A stretch of DNA of 64,000 nucleotides from Antedon mediterranea (lineage: Eukaryota > Animalia > Echinodermata), in assembly GCF_964355755.1 (NCBI RefSeq), contig NC_092674.1, positions 29,388,001 through 29,452,000 of the forward strand, written 5' to 3'. The number at the start of each line of letters is the position of its first letter. The stretch's first letter is position 1. Below, in pieces: positions 50,101-64,000 of the stretch. The notes beneath the pieces are model-generated. The model saw nothing but the letters and a program-made list of their open reading frames with translations, was not told where the DNA came from and ran no database searches. A program made the translations under genes and the position numbers.

Positions 50101-53100
50101 ATGTAATTGAGAATTGTCAACTACTGTATATGATATAATATTAATAAGTACACTATTGTAACCATGGAGCTATAATACTTTTTCATGATGTAAACAATAT
50201 ACTGCATATTTTAATTATTGTAGTTACCATATTGTATAGAAGGTAAATAATTATATGTAATTCATAAATTATATTATAATTTTTAAAACTTGTCACTACT
50301 CGGAACTTACTCGGAACTACTTTGAAATACTCGAAACTACTCAGAACTACTCGGAAATACTCAGAACTTCTCGGAACTACATTAAAAAAAAAAAAAAAAA
50401 TGTTTTGGGTTTTTTTAAAATTAAATATTGTATAGGAATTTGCTCTATACAGTACTTTACAAAAGTTGGTCTGTATTAAAATTTTAGTATCTAAAATTAA
50501 CTCATTAGTTTTTTAGCTGTATTGTACCACTAAGCTTTAAGTTATAGTTTAACAATTATTATTAAATTTAATTAGAAGATGGTTCTACTATTATTACAGC
50601 TGATAAGAGTATTCAATAAGTAAGGATGATTATTAATTGACATAATTATTAGAAGAAGTCAGTATTGTTTGCAAAAAGCTATTGTTGTATTTGATTGTCA
50701 AACTTGGCCGCCGCCCACTATATTTGTGAATAAGCCTTGAGTTGATTAGTTGGACTTGGGGGCTTGACCTATTACATAATAAGATGAATGTGAATGAGGA
50801 CCATTGTGGAATACAGTTTATTGTATATCAGCCACTACTGTAGCTTTTAAGTAGAGCTCTTGTCAATGGTAGGAACACATGAAGGCTAAAGTACTGTACT
50901 TGAGGTGTTGGAATTTTTGCTAGGAAGAACACAGAGAAAAATTAATTTAATGGTTCAAATCAAATAGCATAACCATTCTAAAGAGGATAACGATTCATTT
51001 GTCTTGTCCTTTGATAATTTTGTTATAATCTAAGTTAACGTATATCTACAATAGCTGAACTGCAATCGATATTTAAACTTTAAATTTTATTTTCTTATTT
51101 GTGGTGACAGTGTTCATTGTTTTACACTAAAGTCTGTCCTAGATCGAAATTGTACATTTATCCCATAAATCAAGTAGACTAGTCCTCTCCTTAAAAAGGT
51201 ACAGTACAGTACCTCTCCTTAAAAAGGTACAGTACAGTACGATAATCCAATGTGTTAAAATTAGTTACTAACAACGGTAGAGCTATAAAATGAGTAGCTC
51301 CATCTGTAAGCCTAGATGTACAGAATGCATCATTATTCAACAAGTTAAAACCCCATGTTGAATGCACTCTTATCCCATGGGTATGCTAACCCAACACTGG
51401 GTAGGGTCTTGGAATTTTATGTTGTCGCTGATGCATACAAAGGTGGCAATGAACAAGTCGGATGTTGTTTGGTGGCCTACGTCAGCTGATCTCACTTAGC
51501 CAATAGGTTCATTTCAGGTCTAACATTCATCAATATATCTTCTTATTTGATGAATGCATGGGAATACTGTACTCTCTGTGCTGTTATTGTTTTGAATAAA
51601 TAGTTTTTTGATAATGTTGTATTTTTCAGAATAATCTATCAACGTTTTTGGACGCCTGTGAAGACTTTGGATTGAATCGATCGCAACTTTTCCATTCTGG
51701 GGATCTACAAGCTCTATCAAGTTTTAAAAGGTATTGTATGCAGCTGTAAACTAGTTACTTTCAGTAATGTCAAACTTTCCGTTTAAATTAATTGATAATT
51801 AAAAAGGAAGCCTTTAATCAGAAAGTGTTAATCCTAGGCTTAATAGGTTTCGCTGGTCAGCTGTCTTCTTGGCTAATTATCAGTTACCGTATGGACCTAC
51901 TATAGGGAAATGATTCTACTGCAGTAACTTACTCTTTAAATCTGAAATAATTTAGCAAGCTTTTGTTGATTTCCACAGCAATGAAAGAAACTAAAATTGT
52001 ACAAATGTAGTTACTGCAGTAACTGCAGTAGAGTCATTTTTATATGACAGCTTACAGGCCTAGAAGTTCAGCATTCTTTTGTAAGATAAATCTATTTTAG
52101 AAATTCTTCCTAAAAAATTACATATAAATGCATTGAGATTTCATCTGACAGTAGAAATCGGCAGTTTTTATTTACAGTATAGAGGGCATACAGTAATACT
52201 GTGCAACCGCCAACTTTGTTCTAACAAATTGCATACTGTATACAGGTCAATCCTTAAGATTTCATCTTATTTTACAGTAAAAATCCCCAGTTTTTTATTT
52301 TTAGAGGACAATAATACTGTGAAAACACCTGTTTTAAGAAAATAACATTTTTGGCTGTCAGTTTTTAAATTATTTTTTATCAGCTGTTTTAAATTATTTC
52401 AGTCTATTTTTAACTCTAAATTACTTTCTCAATCTGAGTAATCCCCACTGCATCTTATTCAACACCTCAAAGCAAAATTAATCTGTTGATAAATTTCACA
52501 ACTTGAGAAGTACAGTAGAATCTTGGGACCAACTATCAGTATCGCCTTTAGACATTTCATATTGACAATCAAAATATGTGAAGTGTACAATACACTACTA
52601 CTGTCACTGTCAGTTCAGTGCTATAAATGTAGTTTTTAGAGGGGTGGTTGATGTCTTCTTCTTCTTGTAGTTGTAATTATACTAGTATTATGTATTTCGG
52701 AAAACCTGGTTTCCAAGTAGAGATGCAATGAAAGGACATACTGTACGCACAACACAAGCTGACCAATGACAAGCCAAGTTTCAAATAGTCCAATAGTCTT
52801 GTAATTGGTCAAACCACTTACTTTACAGTACATTACATTACATCCTCGCGTTGCGTCTCTAGTGTGAACCAAGCTTGAGGGATATTCTACTGCAGTTACT
52901 GCAGTAAGGGATATTTTACTGTTATTAAGTAATCTTGTGTAAATGATGTATACAATATACTTCAGCAGCTTTGCAATGTAATCCATAGAGGAATACACAT
53001 TGTGGATTGCAGTTGACTGCCTCATAAACGTATACTGTACATTGAAACAAATTACAGTAAAACCGTACAGTAGTGCAGTAAAAAAAATGTAGTTACTGCA

Positions 53101-56100
53101 GTAACTGCAGTAGAGTAATGTTTACGTGATCCCTAAATGATTCATAGAATTTGTTATTCTGTATTCATTGTAATGTGTTACTGTGTGTGTTCTAACTAGC
53201 GAATTTGCACGCCATCTTTTCTATCCATGAGTCCATTCCCTGGAGATGCTTCTCAGTCTCCATACAGTAAACACACTACCGGTATTTTTATTGTTGTTAT
53301 TAAAATTGCCTCAAGTTATATACCTCACCTTGAAAGCTGCACGATTTCTTTTCTACTTTCACCAGACAGAGAAAATTGATTCAGCAGTTAGATTTAGGGT
53401 AAGGCGTACAAAAGACAAACAAATATGTATATGAAAAAATGTGGGTAAAAGGTGTTAAATAACATCTGCACTGCTTTTTCCATTTTCATTTTACCATATA
53501 TTGTTATCGTATATATTAAACTGTAATAGAAGCTGTAAAATGGTGCACAAGGAATGGAATGGTTTTACTAATATTGACACAATCTCAAAGTAAAACATTT
53601 AAAAACTGTACCTTTCACAAAATAAATAACTTTTCTTTATTTGGAGTGGAGTGAATTAATTCGCTTAAATGGTTATCTTTGGCAATCTGCCTAAATATAT
53701 AAACAAAAACAAACAAACATTTATTAATCTTTTCTTGAAACTTTTTATAATGCTGTACTATTATACTACTGTATACATACTGATAATCTATTACCATTAT
53801 ATACATTCAATAATAAGGTACTGTACTGCACTTTTACGTCGTTATTTTTCTGTAAAAAAGTGAAGCAAATCTTTTATTTTAAAAAATACATTTCATGCCT
53901 TCTTTTGAATTTTAAATAAAAGCGATTTTTCTTTAGATTAGTTAGTATGTGTAGTGTAAACAACTTTGGAAATAAATTAATGTATATCAATAATCATTAT
54001 AGTCTTCAATGCAAAACGTAATATACACTGAATTATGCTTATAATAGCATGCTGCTACAGTACATCCCTCTTAGCACTAGAGAAACTATAAAAAGATAAT
54101 TTGAATTTTTACTGAACTTTGTAAACCATCTTCGATTTTCTACTTTAGCAAAACGCATTACAATTCAAAACACAATCTGTAATGGTACACAAAACACCAC
54201 TTAACCTACTAAGACACTTAATGTATAACATGTATTATTACATTTTATAACATGGGTTCAAGGATGTAGCCAATCAGACGCGCTGAAATTAGTCACATGT
54301 GCACTCTTTATTTTTTCAACTATCAAGTATCATGCAGTGGAGTGCAAAAAGTGTGCAGCAAAAAAACATTTACAGTACTCTGCGTTTAATGGTATTGTAG
54401 AATACCGATCACGCTAGGCTCACTGCACGATTCACGAGTAGGTCGTCTGCACCACGGCCCCATTTAAAAAAACAAAAAACAAACACCTACCACTTATTAT
54501 AGATCGTGTTAATTCTGCTACATGACTGTCTTCGTGTGCGCCGCATCTCCACTAATGCACTCGAACATATTTTCAAGCTATGATTATTAATAAATACAGG
54601 TGAATACAGGTTTTTTTAACAATACAATATGGTACAATGCTGCTTGGCATCCCCGTCATGAGCTTAATTATTTTAACAAAATGTAATCACAGGTTTAAAA
54701 AGTTTTTAGTGTACTATAAAAATAGGCAGTGTAGACTATTTCATTTTGGCTGGCTAGTAGAATATATATTTTAACAAAATTATCAACTCACTAACTGCTA
54801 TTTCTTTTAGTGTACTTTTTCTAATGGTGCAATTCAAAAGTTTTAAAAAATCATATCATATCCTTGCTATAACAATAATAACAGTATCATCAGATAAATT
54901 AGATGTACTCACAGTCTCAGACCCAATGTCTCTGTGAACGTTTGACAAATTATACCAGAATATACAGTGCATACTGTAAGCTACCTAGATGACAAGAAAA
55001 TGTAGTCTTAGAATAGATATTTACAAATTACTGTACTGAAAAAATTAAAGTGTTTTTAGAAACAATTACAAAAATTTATTCTGGTTAAAAGTTTCTTTCA
55101 ATCTGTATTTTAGGTATACCCTTGAAGAACGAAGAATAGAAGAAGAAAGAAGACTTAAAAAGGTATTTACTTTCTTTACTCTCTCCTTCATCTCTAGTCA
55201 CCTCTCATCTCCATTCTTCAACTTCCTCTTTCTTTTCCTCCTTCACTGTTTCATCTTCACATACTCTTTCATTCCACCTCCATTCTTCTCTATATCCTTT
55301 ATACGTTCCTCTTCGTTCCTGACTTTAACCCTCTATTCACTCTCTTTATCCTCCGTTCTTCAACCTTCTTCCAATTCTCTTACTTTATCAGTTCCCAGAT
55401 CAAGCCAGTTCATATTAAATAATGGCTTTTTATTAACAAGCATATTTTAAAATGACTACACAGATTGTTTTATATAGTTTGCACCATATGTTGCTAGTCT
55501 TCTTGAAATATTGACTGAAATATGTAAATAATTATTATGCAAAATATGACATAACAATCTATTAATTGTATAATTCCAAAGTTTACATTAAATTATTAGT
55601 GGTGGATCATTGCATTACAATTGACACAAGTTTTAATCCATAACATGAAATGATGAAGTATTGCTTTAGTACAATAGACAGTACTCCTGCAATTAGTACA
55701 GTAGTCCCTCCTTCCTTCACGCAGTATCTGTATGTGTTTCAAACCTGTTTTATTAGGGAGGTTTCGCAACCTTACGAATACGATAACGAAAACGGATACG
55801 TCATACATTTGTGAAACTTTTGAGCTGATCCCCATTTCATATTCGTAAAGCGTATTCGTGTTGACGAATATCACCAGTCATATTCGTAACTACAAAACGA
55901 TTATAGTTTTTGATCTATTTTGCACATTTTGCATTTGAATCAGTATTGATTCATGATTATAATATAATTATAGATTTATTGAAAGTAATTTACTAAAGTA
56001 ATTTACTAAAATGCCAAGTCAATTTTGATAAATAGCAGTTTTCAAAGTCCTCACTCGCTTTGATGTTACGCTAGGCCTAGGCAGCCAAGCACCAAGCAAC

Positions 56101-58862
56101 ACGTACCTGCGCTTCGCTCAAATTTACCGCAGTCATATTTTGGACGCGCCTCAATATTTCGTTGCCATGCGAAACAGATTTTTTCATGGCTTACGAAAAC
56201 GAATACGTCTGCGTGACGTATCCGTTTTCGTTATCGTATTCGTAAGATTGCGAAACCTCTCTATTATGTGTGTATTAACTGTTTTATTGTGTTGTTGTTA
56301 GGTCTGTACAACCTTGTATTGGTTGGGAAGAGTTGCTGCGCAAAAGCATCATTACCTAGGACCCCAGTTAAACCTTGATGCCTTCGCACCATTAATATTT
56401 GGCTTTGCAAGTTCAATATACAAGGTAAGAATTTATCTCCATATATATTTTTATTTATTCAATTTCTGCCATACAATACACAGAAAAGGACAAAACAAAT
56501 ATAAAAGGAAAAACTAAGCAAGTGCTAAACACCTATGCTAGTTGGTCAACTAAGAACTGAGCACAGAGATAAACTAAACAGAATTACATTCTGCAATAAA
56601 AGCATCTACAAGAAAGCGACCAACTACACACATTTTATTTTAAAATTATTTTAAAAATAAGGATAAATATCATAATGCAGCTAAGAATAAAAAGTGAGGA
56701 CGTAAAGAAAATAAAAATATATATAGTAAGGACGTAGAAGAAATTTAAAAATGTGAATTTATAGACAGCAACTGATTTAAAGAGAAAGCTGGCAGAGAAG
56801 AATTGTCATCAGAAAAAAAAAATTAAATGTTGTTTCTTGTTTGTTTGTTAACACTATTCAATGATAAGTCTGTTAACACATGGGTTTTTTTTTTTCTTGA
56901 ACTATATATTATACTGTAGTTTAAAAATAGAGGGCGCTGTTTCACTTTCTTTGGTTATCAGTCTACTACTAGATGAATCAATGAGCTAGAATTCATTGCC
57001 AGGAATTATTAAATAAAACCCTAAACTTTATGTGTCAAAAAATAAAATGTGATGTGCCCATATATGGACACGATGATGTCATATCACTACCATATTTGGG
57101 CATATCACTACCATATTTGGGTATATCACTACCATATTTGGGCACATCACACTTTTTTGTCAAACTAGTTTGATAGCATAGACACAGAGCTTAAAAATAC
57201 TTATGAAGAGACTTCTTACTGTTCAAATACAACAGATGTCTTAAGAAAGATTATTTTTTCAGGAAACAAGTAGTGGTATTTCGTCATATGACAGCAACGA
57301 CACGACAAGTCAGTACGCTCTAGGATTACTCGACGATGTGTTTGTACACAATGCGGACAATGTAAAACATTACCGAACACGTTCTTGGCAGTCTAACAGA
57401 ATCACAAGCAGCAGTTCAGACGGCAGCGATAACGAGGATACTATTTTGAGCGACTTTAATTTTCTATCGAGCAGTAGAGAGGATATTATTAGCAGTTCAG
57501 ACTGTTCTGTTTTAAAAGTGTGCCCTCGTAGAAAACGGAAAGCAGCGATGGATAGAATGCGCACAGGCGGTTTAAGCCGCTCCTTTGATAGCAGTATGCT
57601 GAATCGTGATGATGAAGAGCCAGAGGAAGGGTCTAATGCGTGGATGTCTGTAAGTGGTTTTGTGGATACAATGAATCTCTCAGTCTAGCTCCCTCTGTTT
57701 CCACTTGTTAGTGAAAGATTAGTAATAGTAGCAGGATTTGCTCCCAGCTGATCCTAAGTGTGCAAATGGTATATTTTTAAGTACTAAGTAAAAATCAAGC
57801 CTATTAAAAATAAAAAATTAGACTGAATGTTTATTTATACCATATATGATTGAGTATAACAATCCCACCCCCTAATTTAGGATTGATTGAGACACAAGAC
57901 TTTAATGAAATGCAGTACTTATTTCTTTTTAAATAAACAAAGTTAGAATTCGTACAAGAATCAAACATCTATAAATAGAACATGCTTGTGAAAATTCTCT
58001 TCTTAAATCTCTTTAAACATGGCCTATGGATATATTTATTATACTTTCTGTACAATGAAGAGATTAACTATCTAGATTATCTGTTATGTGTATAGGATTA
58101 GTGTCATTAGACTGAGTATCCCTAATACAATTACAAATGCTATACTAATACAATAGACAGATTTACCTAAGGGTGATAACACAATGATTTAACAGCACTC
58201 TTTATACTCCTCCTAAGCTTGCTAACTAAATTTAATTCTAGATTATCTGTGATGTGTATAAGATTAGTGTCATTAGAGTATCCCAAATACAATTACAAAT
58301 GCTATACTAATACAATAGACAGATTTACCTAAGGATGATAACACAATGATTTAACAGCACTCTTTATACTCCTCCTAAGCTTTCTAACTAGATTTAATGC
58401 AACTGCTAAATTTCTTTTGATTTGTTTCCAGAGTCTCAGTAGTTGGAAGTCGAAGCGAATCCAGCACACATCGACTGAACGAGGACGCAAAGCGGAAAGA
58501 GACGAAGTTGAACAAACTGAAACACAACGTCAAAGAAGGAAAAGTAAAACATATCGGGAGATTGTTGAAGAAAAGTAAGTTTTAAAGCTGTTTCATTTAA
58601 TTTTCTGAAGCTGTTTTAATTTTATAAATTTCTAAAATAGTTTTTGCATTTATAAACAGTGTATGCCCTCTATTGTCAAAATTCATTTGAACAGAACACC
58701 TTTCTTTTGTAATTTTGCAGAATGAAGCGAGAAAAAGCATTACAAAAAATATACAAGAAGAAAGCAAGTGTGGATGACGACGATATCGATTACATAATGA
58801 AGTCGAATTCAACAATATCAGATGAAGATTCTTCCAGCAATGAAGAAGATTTTCAACCACAG
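35115..58862 (+). CDS. LIMCH1: LIMCH1/LMO7-family protein (N-terminal calponin-homology domain and DUF4757-like region); partial, continues beyond the last recognised exon
   Basis: In-frame exons 35115-35210 (ESRRWIE), 39206-39276 (SLRNGELLCE), 39951-40020 (LKPGSIKKISRLPT), 51630-51730 (NNLSTFLDACEDFGLNRSQLF..DLQ), 55114-55162 (RRLKK), 56302-56424 (TLYWLGR..YLGPQLNLDAF), 57263-57649, 58432-58574 (LSSWKSKR..RRKSKTYREIVEEK), 58721-58862. Probably the single co-orthologue of LIMCH1 and LMO7. Confidence 0.85.
36555..36715. repeat. 21-bp minisatellite, ~8 copies
   Basis: Unit ccaataaagtggtatatc(gca/gga/aga). Confidence 0.9.
44767..45507. repeat. ~43-bp minisatellite, ~17 copies
   Basis: Unit aactgctacatagtacattcaagacaaccagttaatgtaattt with small indels. 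Confidence 0.92.
49133..49192. repeat. (GATAT)n microsatellite
   Basis: Run of atatg units. Confidence 0.85.
49455..50120 (-). mobile_element. Degraded LINE 3' end (CR1/L2-like)
   Basis: Frameshifted minus-strand peptide HSSHNT..RSTSSYINLP..RKSFK..LKWNEI resembles a LINE ORF2 C-terminus; aataaag plus attcgt-repeat tail near 49455-49480. Confidence 0.4.
50295..50380. repeat. 10-bp minisatellite
   Basis: Unit actcggaact and variants. Confidence 0.75.
55755..56262. mobile_element. MITE with ~50-bp TIRs and 3-bp TSD (PIF/Harbinger/ISL2EU-like)
   Basis: agggaggtttcgcaaccttacgaatacgataacgaaaacggatacgtca / tgacgtatccgttttcgttatcgtattcgtaagattgcgaaacctctct; att on both flanks (55752-55754, 56263-56265). 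Confidence 0.85.
58071..58397. repeat. Tandem duplication of ~165 bp in an intron
   Basis: tctagattatctgt...ctcctcctaagctt..taacta occurs at ~58071 and ~58237. Confidence 0.85.
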
Positions 58863-59702
58863 GTATTCATTTTTATTTAAAGTTGTAACAAGTGTTAATA
58901 TATAGACATTGTATTGTTTATGTTTAAACCATATTTGGTTTTTAGGAAAGTTATTTAAAGAAAATTGTTTTCATTTCACAATTTATGTACACATACTGGG
59001 GCGGACACTGTAAAAAAACGCTGATGTTGATGTGTCTAAACTCCCGAGTGTACACACACAGGGCGCACGCCGTAAAAAATAATTTTGTTGCCTCGGTGTT
59101 TTTCTAGGTTATGTAAAAAATGTTTTAAATACACAGTTACTTTAAGTGAGCATAGCTTAAAAGGTGTGTATAGAAGAGGCCCCAAAATATCAATTTAGAT
59201 TTCACTTTAAGGAAGTGTATTGAAGTTATATAACTACGTTTTCATCATGAATTTTTGCCTGTTCAAAGTATAATATAAGTCCAACACAAAAACCTTTACA
59301 TTTCCAAACAAAATTGAATGTATCGTTATTTTGAATGAAACATAATAGCATTCCATACACACATAGATTACTAGACCTCATCACACCTTACATTGTCCTG
59401 GGAAATACCTTTCTTTTGTTACAAAAGACTGGTAAACATATAACAAGAACTACCTTAGTAAAGTTATGTTTGCAGTACACTATGTGATTCCAAAAGGAAA
59501 TAAAGTAAGGTTGAGAATATCTTGATGTTTTGGTTGTTGTGCTGCAAATCTAACTTTATTTTACCCGTGTTTATACGCCATGCAATTTTAAGAACCTCAT
59601 TTTATCGTTTCATTTATTGTTACATATGTAGCACATATTTTTGTTACTCAATCATGCATTATTTGTTTGTTGTTTATGTTTAAACATTTTGGTAGAGGGA
59701 CA

Positions 59703-60394
59703 TAGACACTGTTCGTACGGTGGTTAAAATAAGCGCTTAATTTCACCCATGCCTCGGGTTATAAATTGAGCGTTGTTCGTACTTGAAATATTTAACCGCT
59801 TAAATGCTTAATCGACGAATCACAAACCGGAAATTACGTTTTAAGGTCAGTTGTCTTTACAACCTACGACCCCATTTTCGCACGCTAGTTTTTTACTCGC
59901 GATCTTTCTTTACAATAACAATTACTTGCTACCTTTTACACTGCTTATCCTTGCGACAAACCTTATGCCTCTTAACGCCGATAATCCTGCCGAAATATGC
60001 CTTCTCCTGACGACCATTATTTTACTCATTGACGAAGAATTTGAGCCCAATGTTACACGACGGAAACACCACCGACCAGCTAGGCCTACTAAGCGGTCTA
60101 CACCAACAAGGACAGCACCAGCTGACAATCGCTCTCGAAGCGTGTATGGAAGAGCTTCGTAGGAGAAATGACTGGCCTAGGCAGCGAACGTTTGTCAAAA
60201 TTTGACACATTGCCTCTATCGGAGATTTATTATCCTCGAAGGCCGAGTATAATTGGATTATCGCTAAAATAACCTGCAAATTTGGTGAACATTTTGCCTC
60301 GAATTTTTTGTAGCCTGAGGCAAAAGTTAATTGGATCACGCGAACGGAAATCGGGAATAAGCTGGTATTTTCAACCCCTACGAACAGGCCCATA
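59703..60394. mobile_element. Internally deleted Harbinger-like DNA transposon
   Basis: Imperfect TIR ctgttcgtacggtggttaaaata / tattttcaacccctacgaacagg enclosing a CpG-rich island with short ORFs. Confidence 0.55.
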
Positions 60395-63300
60395 GTATAT
60401 TCTTTAGCTAATTGTTATACAGTAATATTTTAATACTTTGGTAAAGAGAACAATATCAATACTTCAGCTAATGGATACCCATACTACACACATTTATTCT
60501 CAGAATTTGTCAAAAATGTTTTGAAAACTTTTATTTACGATGTGTTTTTGTATTACCATAAACAAAATTAGTAAAATAGTATAATATGAATTTATGTGAC
60601 ATAACGACACGTTGATACTATTACATGCCAACCTTGGGTTATAAGGTTGCTTAAATGTTATTATTATAAATTGCAAAATGTATTAATGTAATGCCAACCT
60701 ACATTTGTGATCCCAAACACACAACTGGTTGTTGTTACCAGGAAAAAGTAGTTAGTTCATTTAAGTGTTTGTTGTAGGAGCAGATCAAGGATTTTCTAAC
60801 CAGGGGTGGGTTAGAGTTAGCGCTAATGATTCATTTATTAATAGTGTCTCAAAAATAATACCATAATTTCAATTTAGCTAGGGCAAAGGTGGGCATGATA
60901 CCCACCTGGATCTGACCTTGTTGTTGTTGCCCTTGTTGTTGTTGCCCTTGTTGTTGTTGTTGTTAACTAGCAAATAAACAATAATAAATAGACTACTAAA
61001 CAATAAACAAACAATACTTCAATTGTCTTATTAAATCCCAAAATCCTCCAATGATTTACAAGTTTATACTTGTTTTCGTCTCCACAAATGGTTGGGTTAA
61101 TTGCACAAATCCAATGATGAGACTGAAAACAAAATTGATATAATTAAAATTTGTTGATATAGTTTACATAACAATAAGGAGTGCATACATAAAACCTTGA
61201 TGTTACACATGGAAGTATTTAGATCAATTTTGGAAGTCTGTCAATTTAGTAATTTATATTTATTAATGAATTCCAATCATTTATTCCGAATATCCTGCAA
61301 AATGAATCCTTAAAAGCCACTAAAACAGCCTTTTATCAGTACCTATTCATTCTGTTCTGTTAACAAGCTACAAACAACCTAAAAAAACTAATAATTTTAT
61401 TGACATTGAAATCCTATTGAAATCAGTTTCCAAATTCAGCAATTCAGGATTCAAGGTCTGATGGATAAAACAAACAGTCTAGAGACATAAAAGGAAGTAT
61501 TTCTGGAAGAAGTTTAGGTGTATTTGAGCATGCTCAGTGAGCCAGAACAAGGCAGTGAATTGTGCCTTCAAACTAATGGGGGCGGGCTGAATCATTGTAC
61601 AGTAGTGTGATTGCATAAACTACAGTAGTGTTTAATGCACTGTAAAGTGCTCACTGTGTGACAAGGAGTGTCTATAGGAAGCCAAGGCCTACAGTAGCTG
61701 ACACTGACAGCTAATAAAAGCACTCTTATTTTCTGCTTTTCTCATTTAAAATATACAATTGCTGTTTGAATAGTTTGGAATTTTTATTTGGATTTTTATA
61801 GGTAAGTTTTAACTGTGATTACTTTTAAATGGTATGTATAATAGATGACATTTGACATATTTTAAGGTTGAAAGGAGTTTAAACCCCCTTGATATTCCAT
61901 GCCCTAACTAATTAAACACAGTCTCGGCTTATCAGTAGTTTTTCAACCTGTTCTTTTTAAAACCACTTTTTTAAGGCTGCCTCTTTCGTTTATGTTTGGC
62001 TTTTGATTATAAAAAAAATTATTTAACACTTTTTTTAGAAGATGAAGTATGTGTAGGAATTTACCATAGGATTGTTGGAACATTAACAAAACAATTGCTT
62101 ATGTTTATGTTGAACTCTATGTATGTAGTTAAAACATAAACTATTTGATTTATTTGAATCATGTTGAATGTGTTTAATGTTTTACATCTTATATTGTATA
62201 CAATGCATATGATATATTGTTTTAAAAACTTATTTTTAAAAGTTGTTTAACAAACTGTTACTTAGTTCGGAAGTAGAAATAGTAGAACTTCCTTTAGGAA
62301 GGATGTCAGTATTTTCTTTAGGGGTAATTTTGACACTCTTTAAGCCTCTAAATGTTCATGTCTCCACACTTTAATGGTTCCATGTTTAGCTACTTTGTGG
62401 GTAAAAACTCAATATTCAGTGTTATATTGGTTGAGAAGGTTATACCTTCATTGTTCAGATTTTGTTAATTAAGTTTTGACATTAATTTGTACCACAGCAT
62501 TCCTTTCTTTTGTTTTGTGGTTTGTTGTTTTGATATTTTGTGGTCAAATGACTTTCATCAAAGCATGATGCTGTACTTGAGAAGGTCAGGCACATAATAA
62601 TAAAAAAAACATATAATTACAGTACAGTACTATATGTAGGTACAGTAGAAGGGACACCATTCGGACCACCTAATAAATTGTCTCCTGAAGAAGGGTTGAC
62701 TGTACAGCAGTAGTGTTAAAACATATTTTTCTTCATGTTCGTTTCACAAGAAAGTGTCTCAGAGGTACCCCTGATTAAGGGTTTTTCCACTGTATAAGTG
62801 TGACAGAATTTGTTATTATTCGTAGTGGTTTATTTTTTATGGATGAAAGTGTATATTCAATAACATTAAAGAAATTTTACTTGAAAAAAACTGCATTTTG
62901 GCATATTGAGTATACACAAAATGCTGTATACTATTTCAACCTAACCTATTAAAACCTAAAATACTGTTTTATTGGTATTCTAATGAAAGGTTTTGACAAT
63001 GTGTGGTACAATAGGTGACCTCAACAATAGCTTAGAGTAGGAAGTATTTGAATGCAATATTCAAGCTGATGACTGTCATTTGTGTTGGCGGTTATTAACC
63101 ACATATTTTAATAAAAACAAATTCTTCAATAAACTGAAAGGTGACATCACTCAAATTGCTTTTAATTGTTTTCATTAAAAAAATATTTTTGTCTGCTAAA
63201 AATGTGGTACTTTTAAGTACAAGGAACCATTAGTCTGTTAGTATAAAATTATTTTATTTCTAGTCACTTTGTGCCATTAAAAATGCTAAAAGAAAATTCT

Positions 63301-64000
63301 TTAAAACTTTTCTGCAATCTGTGATTGTATGTTTTATTCAATGTGTTAAATTAACAAACTTTCTCTTAGTGCTTTTGAAGAAAAATTTGGGATTTTTACA
63401 AATTAAAGTGATATTTTATACCATTTGTAACAATATTGAATTAGGCTTAGCTACTGTAGATTTTTTTAATGGATATATATTCACCCTTCAATTTATAGCT
63501 TTGTATACACTATAAACTTTAGGTGACAAAAAAATGTGATGTGCCTGTATATGGACATAATGATGTCATATCACTACCATATTTGGGCACATCACACTTT
63601 TTTGTCAAACTAGTTTGATAGTGTAGACAAAGCTTAAAACAAAATGATCTGTTTTGATTGACACTATAACTATGAAATTAAAATTTGTACTTTGTTTAAA
63701 TAAATAAATGTCAGTGATATTTATATTATTCATAATTCATTAAGTCAGGTTTGTCACCTGAATGTTAAAATCACGTCTAAATCTTATTGATCTGCAACAG
63801 GTTTGACAACGTATTGATACGATTACCGACCAATTAATCAATAATTACCAATGATACTAGTCAGGTTTACCAGTCAGTTAAAAAAGCATAATAAACAAAA
63901 TTGAACCATAAATGCAATTCAATCAATACAATCAACATTTGACTTATTTCATTTATTTACTAGAATTATAATTTTTAATACTAAACACAGTAGAATCTCT

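Noticed and set aside
59804-60393. Cluster of short ORFs as a nested gene
   Set aside because: They lie inside a TIR-bounded transposon remnant and show no recognisable domain.

Overview
AT-rich, intron-containing animal genomic DNA, probably an invertebrate deuterostome/echinoderm (inference). From left to right: (1) the last nine coding exons of BLTP1/KIAA1109 (+, stop at 4552); (2) an 11-exon secreted mosaic protein gene (-, 7039-15684: signal peptide, two unnamed repeated domains, PAN/Apple, EGF, F5/8-C discoidin, unnamed C-terminal domain) with two alternative signal-peptide exons; (3) two tandem, highly diverged CCDC190-like coiled-coil genes (-); (4) DNAAF6/PIH1D3 (-); (5) head-to-head with it, a non-coding multi-intron snoRNA host gene (+, ~28164-33900) not visible in the ORF track, carrying eight box C/D snoRNAs, one per intron (3x U14/SNORD14, 2x SNORD55/U39, 3x SNORD12), with a 2.27-kb Chapaev-type DNA transposon in its last intron; (6) the 5' part of a LIMCH1/LMO7-family gene (+, from 35115, continuing past the window). 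Introns hold many MITEs, LINE 3' fragments, minisatellites and one long inverted repeat carrying hammerhead-like motifs. The snoRNA host gene is the most interesting element. All exon structures were read by eye from GT-AG sites and reading-frame continuity, and all family assignments come from recalled sequences, not from searches.
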